Assembly (NCBI GenBank): GCA_963840455.1
Contig: CAWIYV010000009.1
Span: 256,001 to 320,000, forward strand
Source of the DNA: Nitrospirota bacterium
GTDB lineage: Bacteria; Nitrospirota; UBA9217
Length of the DNA: 64,000 bases
Reading direction: 5' to 3'
In this document: positions 9,962 to 20,241 of the stretch, in pieces
Position numbering within the stretch: the first letter of the stretch is position 1
How the letters are laid out: every line of letters starts with the position of its first letter
The notes under the pieces: model-generated
The model's input: the letters and a program-made list of their open reading frames with translations, nothing else
Told to the model about the DNA's origin: nothing
Database searches by the model: none
Made by a program: the position numbers and the translations under genes

Positions 9962-12900
9962 ATGGTCCTTGCGTTCATCCATAGGGCGTTTTCGAGGCGG
10001 AAGCAGCCTTCCTGGCAGGAAGGCTTATGGCGCCGTTCTGCCCTGAGGATGCTTGTGGCAGTGCTCTGGATCCTGACGCTGAGCGGTATGCTGTTTGTGA
10101 CGTCCGCTCACGCGATCCAGAACAGTGCAACCGGCACCATCGGGGGGAGTCCCTTGGTTGTCACGAATGCGACCGTTACCTTGACTCGCGCCGGAAGCGC
10201 CGTTGCGTCCGCTGTCTCCGAGGTCAATCCCCATGCAGTAACTATGGGCTCGGCGGGCAACATCTTCACCTACGATGTGCTTCCGACCATTAATGCAGGC
10301 AACACGGGTGTGGACCGGGTGGCCGTTACCGCGCCGGCAGGGTACAGTGCCTTGGGCGTGACCGCCGTATCGGTTGGAGGCTTCGCCCAGACCCTGAACT
10401 GCCCTGTGCCCGGAGCGGGCCAGTACTGCGCTGTTGTGGCAGGCCAGGTGATGACCATCACGCTGGGGACCAAGGTCGCGGTCACCGGCACGAATATCCA
10501 TATCACGTTCAGCGCAGCAGCGCCGGGAGCCACGGGGAGCGCCGTCTTCAGTTCCACGATCGACGACACCAGTACCGCCGCTGTTCCTGCCCAGGCAACG
10601 ATCGCAGGCAACGCGAACGGAAACAACGTCGATGGAAACAACCAGGACGTCTCCGTAACGGGCAGTGCCGTGCCCAGCGATGTCAACTCGACTGTCATCG
10701 TTTCACCGCAAGTGGTGGTTGCCAACGGTGTCGACTTCAGCACCATCACGATCATATTGCGGGATGCAGCAAATCAACCCGTCCCCGGGAAGGTCGTTAG
10801 TCTTTCATCCGACCGAGGAGCCGATGTCATTACCCTGACGACTTTCACAACCGATGCCGGCGGTGTGGCAATAGCAACGATCAGATCAACGGTTGTCGGG
10901 GTTTCTACTCTGACGGCGACGGATGGAACGGACGGTATTGTCCTCTCAGCGCGGCCGCAGGTCTTCTTCACTCAGGGACAGGCGATTGAATTGCGCAAGA
11001 GTGCGAGTAAAAATAAGGCCGTAGTCGGCGATGTGGTCAACTACCTGATCGAGATCAAGAACAGGACCGCGAGCATCATCACCCCGGTGCGGGTGGATGA
11101 CCAGATCCCGCCGAACTTCAAGTACGTGAAAGGCAGCGCCAGGCTGAATGGATCGGTCGTGAAAGACCCCACGGGCAACCGCCCCCTGACCTTTGATATC
11201 GGCGCCGTACCGGCGTTTGTGGACAGCAACGGCAATGGCCGGGCCGACCCCGGCGAACCGGGCTATATGACGCTGAGCTATCAAATGGTCATCGGTTCAG
11301 GGGCTACGCCCCGGGAATATGTGAACACTGCCACGGCCAAGGACGTATGCGACCAGTGTTTCATCTCCAACCCCAGTGAGGCAACGGTGACCGTGACCAT
11401 AGATCCTCTGTTAGATCTGGGGACTATCATCGGTAAAGTATTCGAGGACAACAACCGAAACGGCTTGCAGGACAAGGATGAGCCAGGCGTGGCGGGAGCC
11501 ATGGTCGTCCTGGACAACGGGACCTATGTGCTCACCGACGAATACGGACGGTATCATATCCCGGCCGTGACTCCGGGCCACCGGCTTATTAAACTCAATC
11601 TCTCCAGCATATCGAGCGAAGCCGTCGCGACAACGGATGAGACTGTGGTCCTTACGGTCACGCCCGGCATCCTCGCCAAGGCGAATTTCGGCGTGATAGC
11701 ACCCGGAGGCACGGAACGTATCGGCCGGGACAAACAGCTGGGCATTTCCCTGAAGAGCGAGGACCGGAAAAAACCGCTCCAGCTCATCGGGAGCGCTGAG
11801 ACGCTGACTATTCTGATGAACGGCGAGACTACTACACTGCCGACCGCAGACGTCCAAATGGCCGTCGAGGGCCTGAATGAAGTGGTGGAAATCAACAGCG
11901 GCAAGCTGGACGCGCCGGTCAGGTTCACCGTAGCACTCGCAGAACGGCGACAGGTTGAGTCATGGCATCTTACCGTATTCGACGCTCAGGGGAGCGTAGT
12001 CCGCACGCTGCGGGGCAAGGGAGCCCCGCCCGAGACGCTGCTGTGGGACGGCCGGACAGAAGAAAAGGATCTGGTCAAAGGCGGTAGCATCTATCAGTAT
12101 CAATTCGTTGCCCAGTACGCTGACGGGAGCAGGGCAACCGGCCCGCGCGTCCTGTTCGGAGTAAACCAGACCACGGCGATCGCGGTCCGTCTGAGCGGCA
12201 GCGCATTCAAAACCGGATCGGACGAGCTCAGCGAGGAGGCAAAGACAACGCTTGCGAAGGCCGCGGAGATCCTGAGAAAGTATCCGCAGGAGAAGATCGT
12301 CATCGAAGGCCACACCGACACAACCGGGACAGACAAGCAGAACCTTGAACTTTCGAAGAAGAGGGCGGAAGCGGCGATGGCCTACCTCGTCAACGTGGAA
12401 CGGCTGCCCCGAGACCGGTTCACCGTGCGGTGGTATGGTTCGGCCAGACCGATGGCGGACAACAGGAATGACGAGGGAAGGACGCTCAATCGCCGCGTCG
12501 AGATCAAGGGAGAGGTCCATGAGATCGACCGTGCAAAATTGCTCGATGAATACCGGACAGAGCCCGTTGTCACGATCAGCGGATCTCCCCTGCAGCTCGA
12601 CCCGCTGGGGAGATTTTCCGCCCAGATTGAACCGGATTCCCGGGGTCAGGTTGAGATCGAGATGGCAAACTCGCGGGGCGGATCGGTCAAAACGAAGATG
12701 ACCATCCCGCGGCTCGAGATCCTCCGGCCGAAGGGTGAAGCTCTTCTGCCATACGGAGAGATGAACGAACAGTACCGGGTCAGCGTGCCCTCCCAGGGCC
12801 AGCAGGCAACATCGGGAGAAACGGCAGTGGAATATCAATTCCTGGGGATGACCGATCCAGGAAACGCCGTTGAGCTGGACGGTAAAACGATCGCCATTGA

Positions 12901-15900
12901 ACCAGACGGCACCTTCCGGAGCCCGCTCATGCTGAAGTCGGGCAACAACACGTACGGGATTCTGGTACGGAACCCGTCGGGATACACCCGCGCAGCCAAT
13001 CTCATGATCACGGCGACGGACCGTGACGACAAGGGGGGGGTTGTGGTAGCAGTGAAGCCAATCCCGAACCTTGTTGTCAAATTCCCGCGGCCGGGCGCGC
13101 CCTTGAAAGACAACCTGCTCACTATTTCCGGTCTGACCGACAGGGGGAATACGATCCAGGTCAACGGACAGGCGGTTACGGTCCAGCCTGACGGGCAGTT
13201 CGCCCATACCGTAAAGCTCGAAAAAGGGGCGAACCATATTGTAGTACAGGTTGCGGACCCGGAAGGTTATGAAGGATCGATCGAGCGGGAGTTCACCACG
13301 GCGGATGCGCCGCTGTTCTTCCTTGCCTTTGCCGACGGGGTAGTCGGACAGATGAGCGGCAAAGGGTACCTGGAAGGTGCCGGCATGAGCAAATCTACAG
13401 AGTATTATCAGCAGGGACGCGTGGCGTACTATTTTAAAGGCATGGTCGCTGGAAAGTATCTGATCACCTCGGCGTTTGACACCGGGACCAATGACTACAA
13501 CAAAATGTTCAAGAATCTTGACAACGCGGAGCACGATCGGCTGCTCACGAACCTCGATCCGGACAAGCTCTATCCTGTGTACGGAGATTCCAGCACGATC
13601 GTCTACGACGCGCAGAGCCAGGGGAAATTCTATCTCGCCGTGGATAGCGACGAGTTCCACCTTCTGGTCGGAAATTATCCTTTATCCCTTTCCGATACGG
13701 AACTGGCGAGGTACCAGGCGACGCTGTACGGGGCGCGGGCCGCTTACCAGTCGGTATCACGGAGCAAGTACGGAAGGGCGGATACCGAGATCATCCTGTT
13801 CGGCGCGGAAGCTTCACAGGCCCATGTCCAGGATGAGTTGCTGGCGACCGGCGGCTCACTGTATTACCTCAGCCACCGGGACGTCATCGAAGGGAGCGAA
13901 CAGGTCACCCTGGTGGTACGGGACAAGAATACGGGATTGCTGGTGGCCCGCATCCCGCAGCAGCAGAACGTGGATTATACCGTGAAGTATCCGGAAGGCC
14001 GCATTCTTTTCAATCGGCCGATCTCAAGCGTCGCCCAGGACGCGTCCCTGATCAACCAAGCGATGTTGCCCGGGAATCCCGTCTCGATCCAGGTGGACTA
14101 CGAAGTGGTCACGACTTTATTAGAGAAGACCGCGGCCGGAGGGCGCGTTCGACAGCAGGTCGGCGACCATGTATCGATCGGCAGCACCTACGTCAAGGAC
14201 GAATTGGGAACGGGGCAGTATGAACTGAAGGCCGTGGACACCGAGGTCCGGCTGGGCAAGAACACGAGGATCCTGGGCGAGTACGCGGAAAGTACGGGTA
14301 CGAATGCCGTAACCAACGTGAGCACGGACGGCGGCCTCACGTACACGGAGGTCACGCCCGCCGGTTTCCAGGAAGGCAAGGCATGGAAGGCCGCCGCAGA
14401 ATTGGATATCGGTGAGCTGTTCGGCTCGCCAGACCGGTACCAGGCGGGCGGCTACATCAAGAAGCTCGACAGCGGCTTCCTCTCGAACGGCAATTTTGCC
14501 GAAAAAGGCACCGAGAAGAGCGGTGTGAACACGAAGCTTCAGATCACGCCGGAAGACAAGCTCCTGGCCCGGTATGACCGTGAGCAGGTCGACACGGCTA
14601 CCGCAGGCGCCGCACAGCAGTCGGACACGGGAGCGGTCCAGTATGCTCACAAGAAAGACTGGTGGGAAGTCGCCGCTGAATATCAGACGTTCAAGTCCTT
14701 GGACCCGGCAGGGACGGTGCTGAACGACACGAGTCTCGGGGCCGTCAGACTCACCGTAACGCCCCGTGAGAACCTGTCGCTGTACGCGCAGCGCCAGGAG
14801 ACGATGAGCGGGGCGGAGAACGACCAGACGACGCTCGGAATCAGATACCGCATCCTCCCGTCCTTGTCCCTGGAGGCAAGCGGCATGAAGGGCACACTCG
14901 GCGATTCGGCGCAGGTCGGGCTCAACCTGACAGACGGGAAAACGAACGTATACGTGACTGAGCGGCTGAACGATGACCGCGCGGGCCAGACCACATCGAC
15001 CATTTTCGGCTCACAGTATCAGTTCGCACCTTCCAGCAAGGTCTATTCTGAATACCAGTGGGAGCGTTCGGACGGGGAGCAGGGCAACCGGACCATTTCC
15101 CTCGTCGGCGCACAGCGACAATGGGACCTCACGAAAGGAGTGACGTTCCTTCTCGCGGGCGAAGAAGCCAACCTGCACGCAGCGTCGGGAGATACCAGCC
15201 GGTCATCGCTTGCCGCCGGTCTTTCGGTCCTTCATCCATCCGGGGTGAAGTTCTCCACGCGCGATGAGATACGTCATGAGACCGGTGCCCTGAAGCGGGT
15301 GCAATACCTCACCGTGAACCAGGTCGACGTGAAAGTGAACCCCGATTATACACTCATCGGCAAGTACCGCTACAGCCTCACCCGCGATCTCATCCACGAT
15401 ACGATTGAGGCGAAGTTCGATGAACGGAGCATCGGACTTGCGTACCGGCCGGTGGAGAACGACCGATTTAACGCCCTTGCACGGTATACCCGGCTGCTGG
15501 ATCAACGTCCTGTCAGCCCGGGCCAGACCGACAATATCACCGGGCTTTCCAATGTGACCTCGCTCGAATGGTCGTTCCAGCTCAACCGTTCCGTGGAATG
15601 GGTGGAGAAATTGGCATACAATATCAAGGCCGAGGGATCAGGCTCGATGCCAGCGGTGACGACCCATACTTCCCTGATCATCACCCGTTTTAACCTTGCT
15701 CTCGGGAAGATGATCGATCTGGGGACGGAATATCGCGTCCTGGCCCAGCGCGAAGCGAACGACCAGCGCGCGGGTTGGCTCACGGAGCTCATGTGGAAAC
15801 CGTCGAAATTTATCCGCCTCGGCGTGGGGTATAATTTTACCGATTTTTCCGATAATGAGTTCTCGAATAACAATTATTCGGTCCGCGGCTGGTTCATCAG

Positions 15901-15919
15901 GCTGCAAGGAAAGTACTAA
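9962..15919 (+). CDS. 1985-aa outer-membrane protein: Ig/Big_1-like, complete DUF11, SdrD-B-like, OmpA peptidoglycan-binding and Ig domains, large C-terminal beta-barrel
   Basis: Signal ..TSAHA; DUF11 IELRKS..GDVVNYLIEIKN..DDQIPPNFKYVKGS..YVNTATA; IIGKVFEDNNRNG..EPGVAGA; OmpA IEGHTDTTG..NLELSKKRAEA..NRRVEI; amphipathic beta-strands ending FIRLQGKY (aromatic C-terminus). Confidence 0.88.
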   Translation: MVLAFIHRAFSRRKQPSWQEGLWRRSALRMLVAVLWILTLSGMLFVTSAHAIQNSATGTIGGSPLVVTNATVTLTRAGSAVASAVSEVNPHAVTMGSAGNIFTYDVLPTINAGNTGVDRVAVTAPAGYSALGVTAVSVGGFAQTLNCPVPGAGQYCAVVAGQVMTITLGTKVAVTGTNIHITFSAAAPGATGSAVFSSTIDDTSTAAVPAQATIAGNANGNNVDGNNQDVSVTGSAVPSDVNSTVIVSPQVVVANGVDFSTITIILRDAANQPVPGKVVSLSSDRGADVITLTTFTTDAGGVAIATIRSTVVGVSTLTATDGTDGIVLSARPQVFFTQGQAIELRKSASKNKAVVGDVVNYLIEIKNRTASIITPVRVDDQIPPNFKYVKGSARLNGSVVKDPTGNRPLTFDIGAVPAFVDSNGNGRADPGEPGYMTLSYQMVIGSGATPREYVNTATAKDVCDQCFISNPSEATVTVTIDPLLDLGTIIGKVFEDNNRNGLQDKDEPGVAGAMVVLDNGTYVLTDEYGRYHIPAVTPGHRLIKLNLSSISSEAVATTDETVVLTVTPGILAKANFGVIAPGGTERIGRDKQLGISLKSEDRKKPLQLIGSAETLTILMNGETTTLPTADVQMAVEGLNEVVEINSGKLDAPVRFTVALAERRQVESWHLTVFDAQGSVVRTLRGKGAPPETLLWDGRTEEKDLVKGGSIYQYQFVAQYADGSRATGPRVLFGVNQTTAIAVRLSGSAFKTGSDELSEEAKTTLAKAAEILRKYPQEKIVIEGHTDTTGTDKQNLELSKKRAEAAMAYLVNVERLPRDRFTVRWYGSARPMADNRNDEGRTLNRRVEIKGEVHEIDRAKLLDEYRTEPVVTISGSPLQLDPLGRFSAQIEPDSRGQVEIEMANSRGGSVKTKMTIPRLEILRPKGEALLPYGEMNEQYRVSVPSQGQQATSGETAVEYQFLGMTDPGNAVELDGKTIAIEPDGTFRSPLMLKSGNNTYGILVRNPSGYTRAANLMITATDRDDKGGVVVAVKPIPNLVVKFPRPGAPLKDNLLTISGLTDRGNTIQVNGQAVTVQPDGQFAHTVKLEKGANHIVVQVADPEGYEGSIEREFTTADAPLFFLAFADGVVGQMSGKGYLEGAGMSKSTEYYQQGRVAYYFKGMVAGKYLITSAFDTGTNDYNKMFKNLDNAEHDRLLTNLDPDKLYPVYGDSSTIVYDAQSQGKFYLAVDSDEFHLLVGNYPLSLSDTELARYQATLYGARAAYQSVSRSKYGRADTEIILFGAEASQAHVQDELLATGGSLYYLSHRDVIEGSEQVTLVVRDKNTGLLVARIPQQQNVDYTVKYPEGRILFNRPISSVAQDASLINQAMLPGNPVSIQVDYEVVTTLLEKTAAGGRVRQQVGDHVSIGSTYVKDELGTGQYELKAVDTEVRLGKNTRILGEYAESTGTNAVTNVSTDGGLTYTEVTPAGFQEGKAWKAAAELDIGELFGSPDRYQAGGYIKKLDSGFLSNGNFAEKGTEKSGVNTKLQITPEDKLLARYDREQVDTATAGAAQQSDTGAVQYAHKKDWWEVAAEYQTFKSLDPAGTVLNDTSLGAVRLTVTPRENLSLYAQRQETMSGAENDQTTLGIRYRILPSLSLEASGMKGTLGDSAQVGLNLTDGKTNVYVTERLNDDRAGQTTSTIFGSQYQFAPSSKVYSEYQWERSDGEQGNRTISLVGAQRQWDLTKGVTFLLAGEEANLHAASGDTSRSSLAAGLSVLHPSGVKFSTRDEIRHETGALKRVQYLTVNQVDVKVNPDYTLIGKYRYSLTRDLIHDTIEAKFDERSIGLAYRPVENDRFNALARYTRLLDQRPVSPGQTDNITGLSNVTSLEWSFQLNRSVEWVEKLAYNIKAEGSGSMPAVTTHTSLIITRFNLALGKMIDLGTEYRVLAQREANDQRAGWLTELMWKPSKFIRLGVGYNFTDFSDNEFSNNNYSVRGWFIRLQGKY

Positions 15920-16051
15920 ACGACGGGGATGCCTTTGTCCGGATGACAAGGCAGGGCGCTTTCATTGCGCTCTCCTTTACAGTATACTATCGAAAAAGTG
16001 CATCTCGGTCACGCGCGAACCTTTTCGTAGTGTCCGGGACCACGGAGAGGT

Positions 16052-17359
16052 ATGAAGCGTTTCGTCATATCCATCAAGAGGCAGCACCTGAAGACCTTCG
16101 CCGTTCGCAGTCTTGAAGCGGTGCTTACGGTAATGCTCGTTTTGGTCTTCTTTGCGCTGTTCTCGCTGCTCCTGAACGGTCTGTTCCCGTCCGGCGCGGG
16201 CATCAGCGAGATCGTGAACCGCGAACGGTCGGTCCTCCCTGCCGACTGGAACGATACGATGATAACTGAATTTCAACGTGGGCAAGGCGGGGATCAGCCA
16301 ACCGCTGTGCTGACGACGGCCCATAATACGGTGAAGCAAAGACGGGGCAATGAGATCGCCTGGTCGGATGCTCAGGGAGGCACGCAGCTCTATGACCGAG
16401 ATGCCGTTCAGACGTTACAACGGTCTTCTGCGTATATTGATTTCGGCAACCAGAGTTACCTGAACATGGGCTCGAATTCACTGGTCGTCATCAAAAGCCA
16501 GACTCCGGACGCGCAGGAGCCCGAAAGAAAGCGCTTGATCCTCATGGTGGAAGGTGATCTGCGGGGAAGGATTTCGGGATCCGGGGGGGAGCCGAGTCAG
16601 ATGGAAATCACCACGCCGCGCGCCGTTGCCGTGATCCATACGCAGCAGAACGGAGGCGATGCCGACTTCAAGGTTACGGTGAACCCCGACAAGTCATCAA
16701 CCATTGCCGTCTACCAGGGGGTTGCGGACGTCACTGCCGGAAACAAGACCGTGCGGATCGAGGAGAACAGCGCCGTTACGGTGAATCTCGACCAGGCTCT
16801 TTCCGTAACGAAGCCCCTGCCGTCCCGAACCGAGCTTATCGCGCCTGCTGCGTCCGACCGGTTCCTCTATCGAACGCTTTCACCGCGAATAGTCTTCACC
16901 TGGAAAGAGTTTCCCGGAGCGACCCGTTACCACTTAGTGGTGGCTCGGGACCAGGCCTTCCTGGACGTCGTTCTCGACGAGCAGATCTCCGGCAACGAAT
17001 TCACGCACGGGTCGCTGAAGCAGGGGACCTACTACTGGCGGACAAGTGCGCTGGTGGGCACGATCGAGGGGCCCTTCGCCGTTCCGTTGCAGTTTTATCT
17101 GGAGCAGAAGCGAACGCCTCCGCTCCTGGTCGTCAACGGTTCCCCGAAAAGGGTCTCCCGAAAATCCTGCGAATTCAGCGGGCATACCGAGCCGGGCGCC
17201 CGGGTGTTCATCAATGGCAAGGAGGTCCCGACCACCCCGCAAGGGGAATTCAGGCATGCGATAGCGCTTGAACGGGGGATCAATATTATCGTCGTAGAGG
17301 CCGTTGATGCGGTGGGCAACGTGTCGTACCGCTCGGCCAGGGTGCACGGCAAATTCTAG
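16052..17359 (+). CDS. Membrane-anchored FecR-domain protein with C-terminal Fn3/Ig-like domains
   Basis: N-terminal TM helix; FecR-like LYDRDAVQT..SAYIDF..LNMGSNS..EITTPRAVA..VYQGVADV; C-terminal GHTEPGARVFING..LERGINIIVVEAVD. Confidence 0.75.
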   Translation: MKRFVISIKRQHLKTFAVRSLEAVLTVMLVLVFFALFSLLLNGLFPSGAGISEIVNRERSVLPADWNDTMITEFQRGQGGDQPTAVLTTAHNTVKQRRGNEIAWSDAQGGTQLYDRDAVQTLQRSSAYIDFGNQSYLNMGSNSLVVIKSQTPDAQEPERKRLILMVEGDLRGRISGSGGEPSQMEITTPRAVAVIHTQQNGGDADFKVTVNPDKSSTIAVYQGVADVTAGNKTVRIEENSAVTVNLDQALSVTKPLPSRTELIAPAASDRFLYRTLSPRIVFTWKEFPGATRYHLVVARDQAFLDVVLDEQISGNEFTHGSLKQGTYYWRTSALVGTIEGPFAVPLQFYLEQKRTPPLLVVNGSPKRVSRKSCEFSGHTEPGARVFINGKEVPTTPQGEFRHAIALERGINIIVVEAVDAVGNVSYRSARVHGKF

Positions 17360-17378
17360 CCGAGAACAGGAGTCGGAC

Positions 17379-19220
17379 ATGCGCAAGAAGCTGCGGTTCC
17401 CCATTCGGTTCAAGATATTGATATCGCTGCTGTTCGTCGTCACCGGCGTGGTCAGCACCATAACCTATACCATGGCGAACCTGTTTCACGCCGACAAGTC
17501 CACGTATATCCGCGACCTGACGTCGGTAATCGCGATGCAGGCGGCCCAGGAGACCCGTGCCCTGCTGGTCGGATACAGCGAAAAGCTCAGGGTGTTCGCC
17601 AGGCTGATGAATGACGCGCAGCTCGAGAAGGCCCAGAAGACCGAGATGATCACGCGCCTGCTTGAGGACTTTCCTGACTTCCTGACGGTCACGCTCTATG
17701 TGGACCGGGTGGAACAGGCAACGGTGTACGACGCAGTTGCCCTGGAGAAGCTCGGGTTGCCGATCAATGAGTTAACGGCCTATCGCAGCAAGAATCCGCT
17801 TCCCCTGGACAGTATCCAGGCGGGAAACGTGTATATTGAAAATTCCACGCCGTCGGAAAAGCTGCCCTGTCTGACCATGGCGATTGCGGTCAAGGCCGCG
17901 GCGGACCAGGGACCGCCGGCAGTCGCGTCGGCAGTCATACGCTTGGATAGTCTTCAGCGATTGGCCAGCCGCTCAAAGGTGTTTGAGATCTTTGTGATCG
18001 ATGCCCGCGGGAACCTTCTGGCCCATAGCGATCCCCGGAAGGTGATCGAGCATGCGCAGGCGTCATGGATTCCGGATATCAGGGGCCTGAACGCCATGAA
18101 CACGCTGGGAACGACCCTCGAGTATGTTCAAAACGGCGTGCCGGTTGTGGGCGGATTCGCCCGTGCGGAGTTCAGCGGCCTGCTTGCTGGAGCGCAGATC
18201 CCGAAAAGTGCAGCCTATTTGACAGCACGGGCGTTGCTGAACAACCTGATCATCATCGCGCTGATCCTGCTCGTCATTTCGGCGATCATCGGCCTGTTCT
18301 GGTCACGGCTGATCACGCGGCCGATCGAGCATTTGTCCAGGGCTGCGAACGAGGTGGGCAAGGGCCGGTTCGATGTCCGTGTTCAAGCGACGTCCCGGGA
18401 CGAGATCGGAGATATGGCCCAGTCGTTCAACCAGATGGCGGAGGGGCTGGATACCCGCGAACGAGAGCTTCAGGCGTCACAGGCCGCCCTTATCCAGTCC
18501 GAGAAAATGGCCGCCTTCGGTCAGCTGGGCGCAGGCATCGCGCACGAAATAAAAAATCCTCTGGCAGGCATCATCGGGCTTGCTCAACTGCTGCTGCGGA
18601 AGGTCGAGAAGGACGGCCCGCTCTATGAAAACCTGGCGATGATCGAAAAAGAAGCGAGGCGGAGCAAGACGATCACAGAAAACCTGCTTCGGTTCGCGAG
18701 GCAGGAGAAGATGGAGTTTACGAGGATCGACGTGAACGCTGTTGCGACGGAATCCGCCGCAATCGTCGACCACCAGCTCGGGATCAATCAGATAAGGCTC
18801 AATAAAGAACTCGCCCCCCGTTTACCCCAGATCGTCGGCAATGCGAATCAGCTCCAGCAGGTGCTCATGAACCTCATGATCAATGCACAGCAGGCCATGG
18901 AGGGCTCGCCGGGCTCGGTCACGTTGTCGACGCGTTTGCTGAATGCAGAAAAAATAGAGCTGCGGGTCACGGACACAGGACCGGGCATCCCCCCGGACAT
19001 CCAGGCAAAGATATTCGAACCATTTTTTACCACAAAACCTGCGGGAAAAGGCACCGGTCTCGGCCTTTCAGTAAGTTATGGGATCATCAAGGACCACAAG
19101 GGAGATGTCCGCGTCGAAAGCACCGTTGGGAAAGGGACAGCTTTTGTCATTACCCTTCCGGCGGCAACCACACTCGATGCGATGCCGGCCCATGACAATC
19201 AGGCCAAACGGGTGAAATGA
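17379..19220 (+). CDS. Cache/HAMP sensor histidine kinase (NtrB-like)
   Basis: Two TM helices, HAMP ([17 protein letters not shown]), H-box [11 protein letters not shown]-box [11 protein letters not shown]-boxes [21 protein letters not shown]. Confidence 0.92.
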   Translation: MRKKLRFPIRFKILISLLFVVTGVVSTITYTMANLFHADKSTYIRDLTSVIAMQAAQETRALLVGYSEKLRVFARLMNDAQLEKAQKTEMITRLLEDFPDFLTVTLYVDRVEQATVYDAVALEKLGLPINELTAYRSKNPLPLDSIQAGNVYIENSTPSEKLPCLTMAIAVKAAADQGPPAVASAVIRLDSLQRLASRSKVFEIFVIDARGNLLAHSDPRKVIEHAQASWIPDIRGLNAMNTLGTTLEYVQNGVPVVGGFARAEFSGLLAGAQIPKSAAYLTARALLNNLIIIALILLVISAIIGLFWSRLITRPIEHLSRAANEVGKGRFDVRVQATSRDEIGDMAQSFNQMAEGLDTRERELQASQAALIQSEKMAAFGQLGAGIAHEIKNPLAGIIGLAQLLLRKVEKDGPLYENLAMIEKEARRSKTITENLLRFARQEKMEFTRIDVNAVATESAAIVDHQLGINQIRLNKELAPRLPQIVGNANQLQQVLMNLMINAQQAMEGSPGSVTLSTRLLNAEKIELRVTDTGPGIPPDIQAKIFEPFFTTKPAGKGTGLGLSVSYGIIKDHKGDVRVESTVGKGTAFVITLPAATTLDAMPAHDNQAKRVK

Positions 19221-19263
19221 CCCTCTGTCGTGAGCAGGCAGCGATTATGGGAGGAATCTGATT

Positions 19264-20241
19264 ATGGTAACGGACAGGAAGTGCGTTCGAGTGCTGGTCG
19301 TGGATGATGATGCAAGCCTGCGGAAAGTCGTATCCCAGGTACTTATCGAGGACGGCCATGACGTGACGACAGCATCAAGCGCGGAGCAGGCATACAGCCT
19401 GTTTCAGGAACTTCCCTTCCCCCTGGTTATTTCCGACATCAGGATGGGGAACATGAGCGGCATCGAGCTTCTTCAGCTTGTCAAAGAGCACAGCCCGGAC
19501 ACCCAAGTCATCATCATGACCAGCAATGCCACGGCGGACAATACGATCGCCGCCCTTCGGGCCGGCGCCTACGACTACCTCCTCAAGCCGTTCGAGGACA
19601 TTGACCTCATCTCCAAGGTCGCAAACCGTGCGGTCGATAAGGTCCGGCTCCTGGAGGAGAATAGTAGCCTGATGAAGCAGCTCGAGCAAAAGAACGAAGA
19701 GCTCAAGAAGGCGAATTCAGTTCTCAAGGAGCGGTCCCTTTATGACGAGCTCACAGAAGTGTACAACGCAAGATTCTTTCAGGAATTGCTCAAGCTGGAG
19801 ATAGCGCAATCAACCCGCTTCAAGAGAACTTTTTCCCTCCTCATGATAGATGTGGACCATTTCGCTGCGTACAATAACGCCAATGGACATGCGGAGGGCA
19901 ACAAAGTTCTCTGCATGCTTGCATCCATTCTCGTACAAGGTCTCCGGAAGGCGGATGTCATCGTCCGATACGGCGGAGAGGAGTTCGTCGTGCTTCTTCC
20001 GGAAATCGATGGGGATAAGGCCCTAGTAACTGCTGAAAAAATCAGAGCCTATGTTGCCAACTACCCGTTCCCGAAAAGCGAATCACAACCACAGGGCCGG
20101 CTTACCGTCAGCATCGGTGCGGTCTCCTTCCCTCAGGACGGCACAACGGGGGCGGCCCTGCTGCAATGCGTCGGCGACGTTCTTTTGCAGGCGAAGAAAA
20201 ACGGGAGAAATACGGTAATGGGAGGAGTGCGGGCACTATGA
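19264..20241 (+). CDS. REC-GGDEF protein with atypical substrate-binding residues
   Basis: VLVVDDD..SDIRM..DYLLKPF; DVDHFAAYNNANGHAEGN; RKAD I-site; RYGGEEF. Confidence 0.9.
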   Translation: MVTDRKCVRVLVVDDDASLRKVVSQVLIEDGHDVTTASSAEQAYSLFQELPFPLVISDIRMGNMSGIELLQLVKEHSPDTQVIIMTSNATADNTIAALRAGAYDYLLKPFEDIDLISKVANRAVDKVRLLEENSSLMKQLEQKNEELKKANSVLKERSLYDELTEVYNARFFQELLKLEIAQSTRFKRTFSLLMIDVDHFAAYNNANGHAEGNKVLCMLASILVQGLRKADVIVRYGGEEFVVLLPEIDGDKALVTAEKIRAYVANYPFPKSESQPQGRLTVSIGAVSFPQDGTTGAALLQCVGDVLLQAKKNGRNTVMGGVRAL

